Source: Eledone cirrhosa | Taxonomy: Eukaryota | DNA: 64,000 bases | Assembly: GCA_964016885.1 (NCBI GenBank) | Contig: OZ024755.1 | Span: 12,524,001 to 12,588,000 of the forward strand | Direction: 5' to 3' | Shown: positions 13,033 through 27,075 of the stretch, piece by piece | How positions within the stretch are numbered: the stretch's first letter is position 1 | Layout: each line of letters starts with the position of its first letter | Translations under genes and position numbers: made by a program | The notes under the pieces: generated by a model | Told to the model about the DNA's origin: nothing | What the model saw: the letters and a program-made list of their open reading frames with translations, nothing else | Databases searched by the model: none

Positions 13033-13472
13033 AACCAATTATATCATAATGTTCACATTATATATCTTCCCTTTGTTTTCTCATTAATAGATAGGAGGTG
13101 TGGGACAAAAAAATTCCATAATACTTGAGTGGGGTTTTTGAGGCCTGGTAATTATCAGTTTTAGAACTGCTGCCCTTTAATACAATTCTATTATCCAAAA
13201 TACATTACTTAATGCACCAATAATTAACCCATTTCATGCTAAACCGCCTGAAACCAGCTCCGGTTCTATGATAATAAAATGATAATTTTAAGGCATTTAT
13301 GGACAAAAAATGAAAGAAAACAATCTTCCATTATAATTTTATGAGGAAACTTTATTAACCTATGCTCCAAATAATTTTCTAAATTAATTGAAAATTATAG
13401 ACAGAATATTTTTTCATTAGAAATATTGCAACAAAAGGGATAGTGTTCATATTTATCTAAAAAAAAAATAAT

Positions 13473-13528
<56 letters not shown>

Positions 13529-13720
13529 TAATTATATATTAATATATATATATCATAATTTTATATATATATATATATAGGTATTAGAGGTGCAAATTAA
13601 TTGCGTCCGTAGGCTGTATGCCAAGATGAAAACTCGATGCTCGTGGGGAACAGAGTATCAATAATAATAATATATAAGGGAACAAAGAATCAATGTTGCA
13701 TCATATACATATTCAATTAC

Positions 13721-13797
13721 ATATTACATGTGTTTCAGTGCCGATCAACTCGAGGAACGATCGATCCTGATTCTGGAATCGGAAGTTCCTCAGATAT
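13721..13797 (-). ncRNA. type I hammerhead ribozyme with long stem II
   Basis: Reverse complement: atat-CTGAGGA-actt ccgatt...gatcgg cact-GAA-ACA ca TGT-A-atat; intact core, GUA triplet. Confidence 0.55.
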
Positions 13798-13830
13798 CTG
13801 TTCACATGTAGACTCGCGCCTATATATATA

Positions 13831-14893
13831 CAGTGGCGGATTGGCCAGGTCGCCAAGTTGCCCACTGGCAAGTGGGCCCCAGTGGGCCCACGGTAGCATT
13901 GCAATAGCTCACGTTTGCATTGCAGGGTTCACTGTAGTATTTTAGGGGTCAATGCATTGCTTTCAAAAAATACCTGAAATCTAAGAGAAAGAATAAAAAA
14001 AAATTTTTTAACAAATAAAACAATTAAGCAAAGCATTTGGTCAACCAAGGAGGGGGAGAAATGAGGTGGAACAGAAATGAAACATCGATTGCAGGTTAAA
14101 ATGTAGTCTAGATAGATGAAACCAAAACGAGGATGAAGTTTATGGAACACCCAAATGATTTAGAAGTCGACCTTAAGTAGGAGCAATAACATTAAGACAT
14201 GAACGACAAATTTTGTTTGGAAAATTTTGAAAGTAGGTTTATAAGTATGAATTTTCACAAGATTTTCGTAGTTGTTTCTGTGGCCTAGCGGTAGGTACTA
14301 GGGGACGGTGGAAATCCTGGCCTTGGGTTTAACCCTAGTCAAGAGGTACATGTAACCTTTTTCAGTTTTTTATTTTACAGCCAATAGAAAAAAAACTGAA
14401 CAGGTTTACCGGGAACCCTACTCCCGACCAGGATCGAACTTCAGACCAGGATCACCACCGTCTATGATTCCTCCAACTAGGCCACCGAAACAGCTACAAA
14501 AGTATAATGAAAATTGATAATTATAAACCTACTTTCAAAATCAAAGTTAAAAAATTGTGGTGTCGTTCATGGCTTTCCTAGAGCTATTAGTAATATTTAG
14601 GGTCGACTTCTGGTCATTATTGAAAGTACCAGTAATGCACTGGGTGATTGCTGGCCTTGTGCCTAAAGTAGAAACAATTATTGAAAGTCTTTGAATTTCG
14701 CAAAATACATAATATTTTGTTATTGGAGAATTTTATTTTCCGCAAAAATTTGATTGCACTGTTTTGTTTCCACTTATGTATTTTTTGAAAATGTTATTTA
14801 TTCATTATAAAAATTAAATAATAACATTATATATATAGGTGGGCCCCCATTCATCTCATGACAACCGATATTTTTAGACCCAGTCCGCCACTG
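13831..14893. mobile_element. non-autonomous hAT-like DNA transposon (MITE)
   Basis: TIRs CAGTGGCGGATTGG / CCAGTCCGCCACTG; subterminal GGGCCCC motifs; flanks tatatata / tttatata (near-8-bp TSD). Confidence 0.8.
14162..14611. repeat. diverged ~450-bp palindrome containing two convergent tRNA-like Pol III cassettes
   Basis: agaagtcgacc.../...ggtcgacttct ends; + strand TGGCCTAGCGG..GGTTTAACCC; - strand TGGCCTAGTTGG..AGTTCGATCC; oligo-T after each. Confidence 0.7.
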
Positions 14894-16039
14894 TTTATAT
14901 ATATACTAAATACACACACAGTTTCATTCATCGAACAACTGGAACACTCATCGTCAAAACCAGTGGAGGTCCATTCGCGCGTGTGTATATATTATTTAAA
15001 CTTTATTTAATCTGTTCCTAAAATAAATGCTTTGTTCTTTTAATCTGTTGTAAACATGTTTGAAAGCATGTTTTGCGTGTGTGTATGTGAAAGTCTATAA
15101 TCTCTCTCTCTCTCTCCATATATATATATATACATGTGTGTATGTGTGTGTGTGTGCGTGCGTGTGACAGTCTATAGGCTCTCCATTCTCCATGTGTGTG
15201 TGTGAGGCCTGTGTTTGTGCCCAATATAGATGATTTAAATTCGTGCTTTTAAAAAATTATTCTCATGTTCGTAGTTATTTTTGTACAACACACACACATA
15301 CACACACACACACGTCAGTCATTTAAAATTAACATTACTACTATTGTTATTATATATAGTAGTAGTAGCAATAGTATTATATCCTGATAATCAAATGTTT
15401 CATAAATACACACACACACCTCCACATGCTTACACATATGCTTGCACGCCGCAGATATTTTACATATATTTAGAAACAGATATTGTTATATGCACAAATG
15501 ATTATAATTGATCAGATTCTCTTATGCACAACACACACACATACACACGTACACACACACACACATACATACACACACACGTACGTACACGTACACACGC
15601 GTATTGTATCACGCACAAACAGACATATATATATATATACACACAGGCACATTTTTGAAATATATAAATAACTTTACATTGTCACAAATATACACGCGCA
15701 TAGATGCAAATACATTCCGTTCACAATCTGCCAGTATGCTTCTCTCTCTCTCTCTCTCATAATTGCTTAACAACTCTATCAACCTACTTCACTCGTCTCT
15801 CTGCACATGCACCCTCTCTGTCTTTTCACACACACACACCTCTGCCCTACACACACACACCTCTGCCCTACACACACACACCTCTGCCCTACACACACAC
15901 ACATACACCTCTGCCCTACACACACATTCTTCGTTGTTTCAATATGTACCTAACTTCACATGAAATCTCGTCTGTTCTCCATTATCTCCACATACTTATG
16001 GAATCTAATAGTCACTTTTGTCTTGTACTATCTCTCTCT

Positions 16040-16088
<49 letters not shown>

Positions 16089-16128
16089 CACAGAGGTATC
16101 TCAGAAAACAATAAAACATTTTTAACTC

Positions 16129-16239
<111 letters not shown>

Positions 16240-17262
16240 TTCGCTCTGCTTTTCTCTTCTCTGAAGATTACAAAGGTGCAAAATCCAATCAAATCTTTGG
16301 CTCCAGGTAAACACAGGTGAACAAATGAACAGAAGAATGGTAGACGAGATAGAAGTAAAAATATAAATAAATTATAATAAAATGAACTCAAAAAGCCCAA
16401 ATATTTACAGAGCAATGAGGTGAAGAAATGTGTTTACTTTTGTGTATGTCTGTATGTGTTTTGTCTGAGTGCGTGTGTCTGTTTTTCGTGTGTGTGTGTG
16501 TGTGTGTCTTGAGTGTACGTATGAATGTCCTTGTATGTGTCGTGTGTGTGAATGCGAGGTTTTTTGTGAGCGTTTTGAAAGCTGCTGCTAAGAAAAACTC
16601 TGTTCGGTTTAACCTTCAACGTGTTAGCGTCCTGTTAACTCTTACGTGGGGAATTGCCTCTCCGTCGGTTTCGAAGATGGGTGTTCCAGCTGTTCGGTGG
16701 GCAGAACAAACAGCCAGTTGGTGAAATTAACGTGTAAGTGGCTGAGCATTCTAAAGACCGGTGTAACTTTCAAGTAATTCTCATGGAGATTCTGCATGGC
16801 ACTGTGTGTGTTGTAACAAGGCTGACTCTTTGAATTATTGGTACTACCCATCCGACTGGCTTCCAAACAGTTTTCCTCTTCCCAATTTCACTCACAAGTC
16901 ATGGGTCGACCTGAGGCTATGGTAAACGACACTTTACCTAGATGCAACGCAGTGGGATCGAACCGAGGACATAATTGCGAAGCGAACATCCTAACTATTC
17001 GTTACATATTAGGTTTAGAGTCCGTCACCCTCTCCCCTTCTTTCTTTCTTTTGTCGCTTAATAATCCTCACTCATTCTCTCTTATAGCATTTATAGTCCT
17101 TCCCAGTCCTACTCTCTTTTTTCTATAAGTTTGACTAAATAGTAAATTATTTATTATTTTTATGTAATTTTATCCGGGAAATATATTTTAAGTATTTTAT
17201 GTAAATAAAATTCCTTGCGTAAAATCATGAGAAGAATGCCAAAACAAAAATGAATAACGTGA

Positions 17263-17545
17263 TGGTGAGTGGCTTTGTGGTTAAGATTTTTGACTCATGG
17301 TCGTAAGAACATGAGTTCGATTCCTGGTGATGCGTTGTGCCCTTTGAGCACAACTTTATTTCACGTTTGAGTCGTACCTGTAATACAAGGGCACAGTCTT
17401 GTCGCACACAGTCTCGCACTTATCTCTTTCAGAATTACTTTATGGGTTCACGTGTCTGTTTTGATTACTCAGCGACTTGCACGCAAATTTCAGTGTAAGC
17501 TGTTCCGCTGTTCAAACAACTGGAACACTCGTTGGAGGTCCAACA
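17263..17545 (+). mobile_element. tRNA-derived SINE family 2 (A/B boxes, cctt(t)gagca..cactttatttcac core)
   Basis: TGGCTTTGTGG, GAGTTCGATTCC; homologous to copies at 29825, 32375, 42150, 43870(-), 60980(-). Confidence 0.75.
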
Positions 17546-19864
17546 TATACAAGATCCCTCATACTGATAACGGTGAAATATAAAGATATATAAGGCTTAG
17601 TGAGAGACGTTATACAAAGGATTCTATCACTAGATGTATATATTTCGACACTCACATTGAGGGGCGCTTCCATCGCTATTGATTGAAGTTTTTCCAGCTA
17701 CCTACTGGCTAAGAAATTATTCCTCCATAATGGATTTACCATACTCTGAATGGCGGTCTCATATTTCAAAAGCAATCATATATTCATCAACAATAATTCC
17801 CCAGCTCCCCAACGTCCACATGCTTTGCAAACAAAACAACATAAACGAAACGAAAAGCAAACCAAACCATCGAAACTTCTGATAAACAATAACACTAAAA
17901 TATAACAAAAACAGCCCCTCTCTCATATATATAGCACCATGAACTGAAGAAAGTAGGGTCTCAACTAAATATAAAAATGCTGGGAACCATCTAGCCATTG
18001 TTAAAACATGTTTAACGTCTGTCTCTTTAAATCCCAGGGTCTCATCAGACGAGAACTTATCCTGGTTTCATTGGCGTTACACAACTTGGATTACATGATC
18101 CTTCCTTGGACAGGACATCAGTCTATCACCGGGTTAACCCTCAGCTTCTGCTACTGGTACACATTTTCACCTGATTCAACAGGAGCAGTGTGAAATGAAG
18201 TGTTTTTGTTCAAGATCACTCGACATCATCTGGTCTATTAATTAAATCCGCGCCAATACGATCGCTAGCCTAACACCCTAACTACTAGGCTACGCGCCTC
18301 CACATCTCACCGTGCTTATACCTTTATATTACATGAATCCAAGCTGTTGACCACCAATGACGATATGGTAAGCTATTCCTGTCTGGACATAACTTCTCAG
18401 ATCACACTTTACAAGCGAAAATATAAAGCAGCCCAACCTTCCACCCGTTTAATACCATCTTATAACTACCGACATTCCTTGAACTTACTCATGGTATTTC
18501 GTCTTTCCAAAGAACATCTATAACAACGTTGGATGTCATTGAAAGGAATGTCGCGATTGAAATTGTGTAGATGGAAACTACGTGGAAGACTATCGGATGA
18601 ATTGTATTTGTAAATAAAAAGTCCAGCCTTGTCACATATTGTCACGCTGATTCTGCCTGAAAACTGCGTTAAGATACACGTGTCTGCGGAGTACTTAGCC
18701 ACTTATGGATTAAATCACAAGTCAGACGTTCAAATGATTGGACCTCGGGACATTCATCGTAGAAAATCGAAGGGGATCCATCATTATCCTCTGTTGGGCT
18801 GATATATGAATATAAATCTCAGGGACGCTCCTCGTCGTTCGGTCAATATTTTACATGCTACAAGTATAGTCGATGTAAGCTGACCTGAGGCTATATATTA
18901 CATTGATGTAACACAACTCGACCAACTGATCGACTGTTTTACCTACTTGGATATATATATATATATTACGAAATTCAACTACACTATATATATGTGTGTG
19001 CTGCAGATTCCACTATACATACATATATATATATATAATGGAATTTGCTGGCTAAACGGTAAGAGTTCAGCTGTCGGGTCCCGACTTTCTAATATATTAA
19101 GGACAACCTTTATTCTAGAAAGTAGGAGTTAAAGATCAGTTAGGTTGTGGTAAAAACCAGCTAGAGTCTAGGTCTTAGACTATAACCCATCAGAGTACTC
19201 GTTACTTGGGGTAGTAGAGTGGGTAATATGAAAAGATCTAACTCATCTTTAGCTTCTACTTTCGTAGAAAAAAGAGGGGCCCTGAATCTTTTCATATTAG
19301 CCACTCTACTACCCCAGGTATCGAGTACTCTGGTGGGTTTTTGTCTAGCTGGTTTTTACCACACCCAAACTGATATATATATATATCAGTTTGGGTGTTA
19401 TTCCAGTCTCATGAGTGGACTGGAATAACATGAAATGAAGTCTCTTGCTCAAGAATAGAACCTCCCACCCGATCAGGAATCGAACTCACGACCTTAACCA
19501 TCGTGAGCTCAACATGCTAACCACTCTACTATACAACAAAATAAAGGTTTCATTCGCCCAATCCCTCATTCTAGTATATAACTCCCACTTCACCACGACC
19601 ACTACCACCATCACAACAACATCTTGCTCTGATACCACCACAACCATCACGTCCAATTCTCATCTTCCCTGTCACCACCACTACTACTACTACAACCACC
19701 ACCACCATCACTACCACCCCATGAGCTCTCTAACAGCACCACCAGATCCCACACCACCACCACCACCACTACCACCTCATTATATATATATATATATATG
19801 CGCGCGCTAATGTCTTACAAGAGTTCTAGAAGTGTTAATATTTTTGGCCTGGAGGCAGGAAGCG

Positions 19865-19925
<61 letters not shown>

Positions 19926-20147
19926 TTCATGAGAGAGAAACCATTCAGATACACACATACATACACACACATGCATGCATCTCTACATACAGATATATAT
20001 ATATATATACACACAATACTACTACAATGCGTAGCAGTATTGTAGTAGAATGCGTAGTTTTCGGTGTGAATATATCATATCAATAATACAATTACTGCTG
20101 TCTTTGTCTCTTTACATCTGTATATAAAACCACAATTAGTTACACAC

Positions 20148-20202
<55 letters not shown>

Positions 20203-20327
20203 TGCATTAATACATTCACGCGTAGCTATATACACATACATATGTGCGTATGTGCATAAATGCATAAATATGTACACATATATCCATGCATAGATATATT
20301 TATGCATAGCTATGTACACACACACAC

Positions 20328-20371
<44 letters not shown>

Positions 20372-20431
20372 ACATGTGTGCATATGTGTGCAAGTCTTCC
20401 ATTTCTCTATCTTAACGTGTCTTTTCATACA

Positions 20432-20463
<32 letters not shown>

Positions 20464-20580
20464 GAGAGAGGGAGAGAGAGAGAGAGCGAGAGAGAGAAAG
20501 CGAGAGGGGTCGGAATATATATCGGTATATATAATAACACATATATATATGGACCTACATATAAATATATTTATAGATGC

Positions 20581-20945
20581 ATAACTGCATTATTTCTTTC
20601 CAGGAACTATGTTGAAAAATAAACCTCATTTGGTCATTCCATGAGAGTATCTTGGTAGGGTAACTCTGTAAGAGTGATGCTAGAGCTGTGAAATATTGTA
20701 TGCATTAATTCCAACTCTTCTTATTAATAACTGCATTGTTTCTTTCCAGGAACTATGTTGGAAAATAAACCTCATTTAGTTATTCCATGAGAGTATCTTG
20801 GTAGGGTAACTATGTAAGAGTGATGCTAGAGCTGTGAAATCTTGTATGCATTAATTCCAACTCTTATTAATAATTGCATTGTTTCTTTCCAGGAACTATG
20901 CTGGAAAATAAACCTCATTTGGTCATTCCATGAGAGTATCTTGGT
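20581..20945. repeat. ~145-bp tandem duplication (2.5 copies)
   Basis: tttctttccaggaactatg...catgagagtatcttggt occurs three times; partial reverse-complement copy at ~51505-51585. Confidence 0.9.
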
Positions 20946-21130
20946 CAGCCTATGCACATTTCTGCCTCCCCTCGTATATACACAAACACGTGTATGTCAT
21001 CAATGTATGTTTAAACATACTCCTCCTGCTCCTCGCCTCATCCCCAACACAGAAATGGTGGGGGTGGGGCGAGGAGGAGAGTGAGAGAGCACAATTCCTA
21101 AATAAACTTTGATGACATAGTTGCACCCCT

Positions 21131-21270
21131 CCTCCCGCGCCTACCTACATCCCTCCCATCCCCCTGCGCCTACCTACATCCCTCCCCTCCACCGCGCCTA
21201 CCTACATCCCTCCTCCCCCACCGCGGCTACCTACATCCCTTCCCTCCCACCGCGCCTACCTACATCCCAC
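21131..21270. repeat. ~28-bp minisatellite (cgcgcctacctacatccctcc..)
   Basis: About five visible units. Confidence 0.85.
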
Positions 21271-21601
21271 TACTCTCACAAACCTGGACATGGTTTACAT
21301 TAGCCACCATCTCCTCCCCCGACTCTCATTAACTGGATGACATGGTTACGTAGTCACTATCTCCTCCTACTACCCTTACAAACCTGGATGACATGTTTTC
21401 CCCCGTCGTCACCATCTCCTACCACTTTCGCTATCTGATATATCTACCTCCCACTACTTCTCACACACTCTCTGACACAGATAGCTATTAACACGAACAG
21501 TTACAGATGCTGAGTAGATTTGCAGTGTCAATAGCATAAGCATTACACACTTACACGTGTGTGTCTGTTTATATGTACATACGTGCGAATCTAAGTATAT
21601 A

Positions 21602-21710
21602 CAGTTGTCCCCCGGTATTCGCGGGCTTACGTTCTAGAGTTAAAAACCGCGAATGTTAGACGTGTTCCATAAAAAAAGGCCTATAAACGTCAAAATATAA
21701 CTTTAAAAAG
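21602..21710. mobile_element. Tigger/pogo-like (TcMar) terminal fragment
   Basis: TA|CAGTTGTCCCCCGGTATTCGCGGG resembles Tigger-type termini. Confidence 0.45.
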
Positions 21711-21737
21711 CGTGCGCGCACGCGTGAGAGAGAGAGG

Positions 21738-21777
<40 letters not shown>

Positions 21778-22003
21778 AGCAAATGTGTATTCAGCCTTGG
21801 TGGGCTTCCTTGCAGCTTGATTCTATCGAATTCACTCTCAAGGTATTCGGCATTTTCGAGCTATAGAAAACACTCAAGGAAAGGAACAATGCAGAGAGAG
21901 CGATCGAACTCGGAACCACGAGATTTTGAAGCTAGCTCTTTAACCATAGAACCACATTTTTCTATCTATCTAACCACACACACACATACGAGTCCGAAAG
22001 TCA

Positions 22004-22370
<367 letters not shown>

Positions 22371-22398
22371 ATATATATATATATATATATATATACGT

Positions 22399-22619
22399 AT
22401 ATATATTGGAAAATGTGTGAGATCCTTGGTACAGTTAGGTATATTTGAAAAAAAGAAAAGAATGACTTCACTTGTAGTTCTAAACAATTTGATTTAATTT
22501 TATATTATAATATTATAGAATTAAATCAAATTGTTTAGAACTAGAAGTGAAGTCATTCTTTTCTTTTTTTCAAATATACCTAACTGTACCAAGGATCTCA
22601 CACATTTTCCAATATATAT
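22399..22619. repeat. near-perfect ~220-bp palindrome
   Basis: atattggaaaatgtgtgagatccttgg... / ...ccaaggatctcacacattttccaatat; centre near 22510. Confidence 0.95.
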
Positions 22620-23126
22620 CAACTCAACCACGGATTACACATATTGAACATCGATCCCTAGAATCCACCACATCCCAAGAATATTACCCAGCATTCCACC
22701 ACATCCTCTACGGAACTACCTTAAGGACTCACCCACTGACATACACTCAAAAAAAATGTTTTCCCACACGCCACCTACATCCACAACACGCATAAACACC
22801 ACACACACACGTGTGTACACCACATATTTACACACTCAGCCTCCGGAATCCTCTCTCCCCACCCCTCTGACCCCTCCCCATCCACACACGCACACACACA
22901 CACCGACCTACACCCCACTCCACCCCACCCCACCTCCCTCTCCCCACTCCACCCCCCCTACACGCCCCACATCCTTCCACCACCTGTTTTACTTCATGTT
23001 TATTTTTATTTTTATTATGCTTTTATATTTAATTTCATTTGTACCGTTTCCTCTCACCCCCTTTTTTTTCTATATGTCTCTCCACCACTCCCCTACACAC
23101 CCTTGGAACTCTCTTCCCACACTTTT

Positions 23127-23160
23127 CACCTGAAGAAGGGCTTATGCCCGAAACGTCGTT
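23127..23160 (+). ncRNA. minimal Penelope-type hammerhead ribozyme
   Basis: ac-CTGAAGA-a gggc(ttat)gccc-GAA-ACGT-C-gt; palindromic stem III, GUC triplet; downstream AATAAA at ~23195. Confidence 0.7.
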
Positions 23161-24207
23161 CCCCACCACCACCCCACTCTCAAGAGCGTGAAACTAATAA
23201 ACCTTTGTTCGTACTGCCTCTCTGTTTTGTTCCCGTTCAATTTTTTACTATATATATGTGTGTGTGTGTGTGTGTATGTATGTGTGTGTGTGTCAAAGAG
23301 ATGGAGATTATGTGTGTATGTGTAAAGTCAATATGAATATGAAACCAACAGTATGTGTACAAGCATATATGTGTGTTAATATAAATATGCATAGAAAGCT
23401 CAGTGTGTGTACAGCAATGTGTGAATGTGTGTGTGTAAGTGTGTGTGTAGGTGTGTATTTGCAAGTGTCTCAATGGATGTCAAATTGACAATTTAAACGG
23501 ATGTGAGGCACGTGACTATAATTTAAAAGTGTTTAACTTAGAGCATCAGTTTCACTTTATTACAGTCATATATATGTGTATGTCCGTTTATACACACGTG
23601 TGTGTGAGTGTATATATATATAATGTGTATATGTGTGTGTCCGCTTATGCACACGTGTGTGCGTATATATCTATATATATATAATGTGTATGTGAGTGTG
23701 TGCGTATATATCTATATATATATAATGTGTATGTGAGTGTGTCCGTTTATGCAGACATATACATGTGTACATAAACGGACACATACACACGCACTCTCAC
23801 ACACACCTACATCCATACACACATACACGTGTGTGTGTGTGTGCGTGTAATGTGAGTGAGGGTATATTTAAATATATGCAATTCACATTTTGCTTAAACA
23901 AGTATTTATAACTTCAACTCTATTAGCTCAAACCATGTCGAACGTTGACCCCAAGCAATGTGTAACTTAACAGCACTGCATGAAGGCGTCTTAAGTCATA
24001 TTTCATATTCAATTCATATTAGGAGTCACTATAACCCACTGGAATGGAGTGTTGCTATTGGCTGAGACATATCCGGGTTTTGGTGGACTACCGGGAATTT
24101 CTTGATCGAATATGTCCGGGAGCCGTTTCAATGTTATGTTTTCATATGATATTAAACAGAGCAGGGCCGTTTGAGGTGAAGTAGTTCTGTCGTAATGTTA
24201 TGTGATG

Positions 24208-25667
24208 TGTACGGCGTTGATCGCACAGGGACGAAGACATGGGCGGATTTTAAAGTTGATGTGAGCTCGATCTTTGTACGGGGTTGATAGCACAGGGATG
24301 AAGACATGGGCGGATTTTAAAGTTGATGTGAGCTCGATCTTTGTACGGGGTTGATAGCACAGGGATGAAGACATGGGCGGATTTTAAAGTTGATGTCAGC
24401 TCGATCTTTGTACGGGGTTGATAGCACAGGGATGAAGACATGGGCGGATTTTAAAGTTGATGTGAGCTCGATCTTTGTACGGGGTTGATAGCACAGGGAT
24501 GAAGACATGGGCGGATTTTAAAGTTGATGTCAGCTCGATCTTTGTACGGGGTTGATAGCACAGGGATGAAGACATGGGCGGATTTTAAAGTTGATGTGAG
24601 CTCGATCTTTGTACGGGGTTGATAGCACAGGGATGAAGACATGGGCGGATTTTAAAGTTGATGTCAGCTCGATCTTTGTACGGGGTTGATAGCACAGGGA
24701 TGAAGACATGGGCGGATTTTAAAGTTGATGTGAGCTCGATCTTTGTACGGGGTTGATAGCACAGGGATGAAGACATGGGCGGATTTTAAAGTTGATGTCA
24801 GCTCGATCTTTGTACGGGGTTGATAGCACAGGGATGAAGACATGGGCGGATTTTAAAGTTGATGTGAGCTCGATCTTTGTACGGGGTTGATAGCACAGGG
24901 ATGAAGACATGGGCGGATTTTAAAGTTGATGTCAGCTCGATCTTTGTACGGGGTTGATAGCACAGGGACGAAGACATGAGCGGATTTTAAAGTTGATGTG
25001 AGCTCGATCTTTGTACGGGGTTGATAGCACAGGGACGAAGACATGAGCGGATTTTAAAGTTGATGTGAGCTCGATCTTTGTACGGGGTTGATAGCACAGG
25101 GACGACGACATGGGCGGATTTTAAAGTTGATGTGAGCTCGATCTTTGTACGGGGTTGATAGCACAGGGATGAAGACATGGGCGGATTTTAAAGTTGATGT
25201 GAGCTCGATCTTTGTACGGGGTTGATAGCACAGGGATGAAGACATGGGCGGATTTTAAAGTTGATGTCAGCTCGATCTTTGTACGGGGTTGATAGCACAG
25301 GGACGAAGACATGAGCGGATTTTAAAGTTGATGTGAGCTCGATCTTTGTACGGGGTTGATAGCACAGGGATGAAGACATGGGCGGATTTTAAAGTTGATG
25401 TCAGCTCGATCTTTGTACGGGGTTGATAGCACAGGGATGAAGACATGGGCGGATTTTAAAGTTGATGTGAGCTCGATCTTTGTACGGGGTTGATAGCACA
25501 GGGATGAAGACATGGGCGGATTTTAAAGTTGATGTCAGCTCGATCTTTGTACGGGGTTGATAGCACAGGGACGAAGACATGAGCGGATTTTAAAGTTGAT
25601 GTGAGCTCGATCTTTGTACGGGGTTGATAGCACAGGGACGAAGACATGAGCGGATTTTAAAGTTGAT
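24208..25667. repeat. 67-bp tandem satellite, ~22 copies, partly 134-bp dimeric
   Basis: Unit gacatgggcggattttaaagttgatgt(g/c)agctcgatctttgtacggggttgatagcacaggga(t/c)gaa; ORF-track offsets of 67 and 134. Confidence 0.98.
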
Positions 25668-26282
25668 GCGAACATCATTTAGGAAATATTGATGGAATAT
25701 TTTCCATATTTAACAAATGATGAGGCAATAGTTTGAGCTTTTGATGACATAATCAAGACCCACCATTCCATTTATTTATTGTAATTGACCTCTGTAGTGC
25801 TTAGGTTCTCATAATAATGGGGAGAAAAAGGAGAAAAAAAATCATTTGTAAAAAGTTTGCTTCGTACATGAGTTCCATAAAAACTACCCTATATTTTAAC
25901 ACTGTTGATATCAATTCACCTGACATCCCGTCACCAATTCTGTGATACAAAACCTTTGCTTTAATGTGCTTATATCTATCTAAAAACCTTCCATCATAAT
26001 TTTATGTAAGACTCTAATGATGACAAAAGTTATATTACTAAATCTTTCTAAACTCTTGATTATTACCAACATTATTTGATAATCATAGATAGTATTTTAA
26101 TCAGAAATATGGTAACGAAAGTGTTATGTTCAAAATACCAGATTCATATGAAAGGTATATTACTGAATTCATCCAAATTCTTGATTATTTTCGAAATTAT
26201 TAGAAAATCATAGTGTCGTTTAAGTTATGCTCAAAATCCCAGCTTAATCCCAGTTTCTGATTTAGGCACAAGGCCAGCAATT

Positions 26283-26482
26283 NNNNNNNNNNNNNNNNNN
26301 NNNNNNNNNNNNNNNNNNNNNNNNNNNNNNNNNNNNNNNNNNNNNNNNNNNNNNNNNNNNNNNNNNNNNNNNNNNNNNNNNNNNNNNNNNNNNNNNNNNN
26401 NNNNNNNNNNNNNNNNNNNNNNNNNNNNNNNNNNNNNNNNNNNNNNNNNNNNNNNNNNNNNNNNNNNNNNNNNNNNNNNNNN
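26283..26482. other. assembly gap (200 N)
   Basis: Run of N; the left contig ends inside a SINE family 1 tail. Confidence 0.99.
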
Positions 26483-26815
26483 TATTGGGTTACATGTTTC
26501 CAGTAGCACACAAGAGTGACCCGACATACATATAATTGTTATGCTTTGGGGGGGGGGGGGGTCATATTGCTAATAAGAAACACACGCACCAGTTGCTTTC
26601 ACTCCAATTTATTATAAATTAAATTTATAAATTTAAGAATTTATAAATTTTATATTTCCGGCTGGTTTGTTGGTTCCACAACCGGACGGTTGTTCATATA
26701 TTGTCAAAGTTCTTTCGTCACACATTCTGTATTATATATATATAATGATTACTATCATTAAAAGACATATAGGCTCTGTGGTCAAACTGAAACAGTTTCG
26801 ATGACGAAATGGGAG

Positions 26816-26872
<57 letters not shown>

Positions 26873-26873
<1 letters not shown>

Positions 26874-27075
26874 ACGAAGGAAATGTGGTAAGGAACCAGA
26901 TGGACCATAACGCACCAAAGTACTCAATACTTAGGGTAGTAGAGTGGGTAATAGGAACGAGTAGGACCCCGACGGCTGAGCTCAAGCCGTTTCGACGGTT
27001 AATTCTGGACTAAAATTTTAGTCCAGAATTAGCCGTCGAAACGGCTTGAGCTCAGCCGTCGGGGTCCTACTCGTT

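Noticed and set aside
20581-20945. Tandemly duplicated exons (tttctttccag|...|gtaggg)
   Set aside because: Copies differ by an indel, an inverted dispersed fragment exists at ~51505, and no protein is recognisable.
24208-25667. 67-bp array as a CRISPR, coding repeat or ribozyme satellite
   Set aside because: There are no unique spacers, the unit is not a multiple of 3, and no CTGANGA/GAAA core occurs on either strand. The short match to the SINE (tacggggttgata) is too small to infer origin.
26200-26527. ORFs spanning the N run
   Set aside because: Artefact of the assembly gap.
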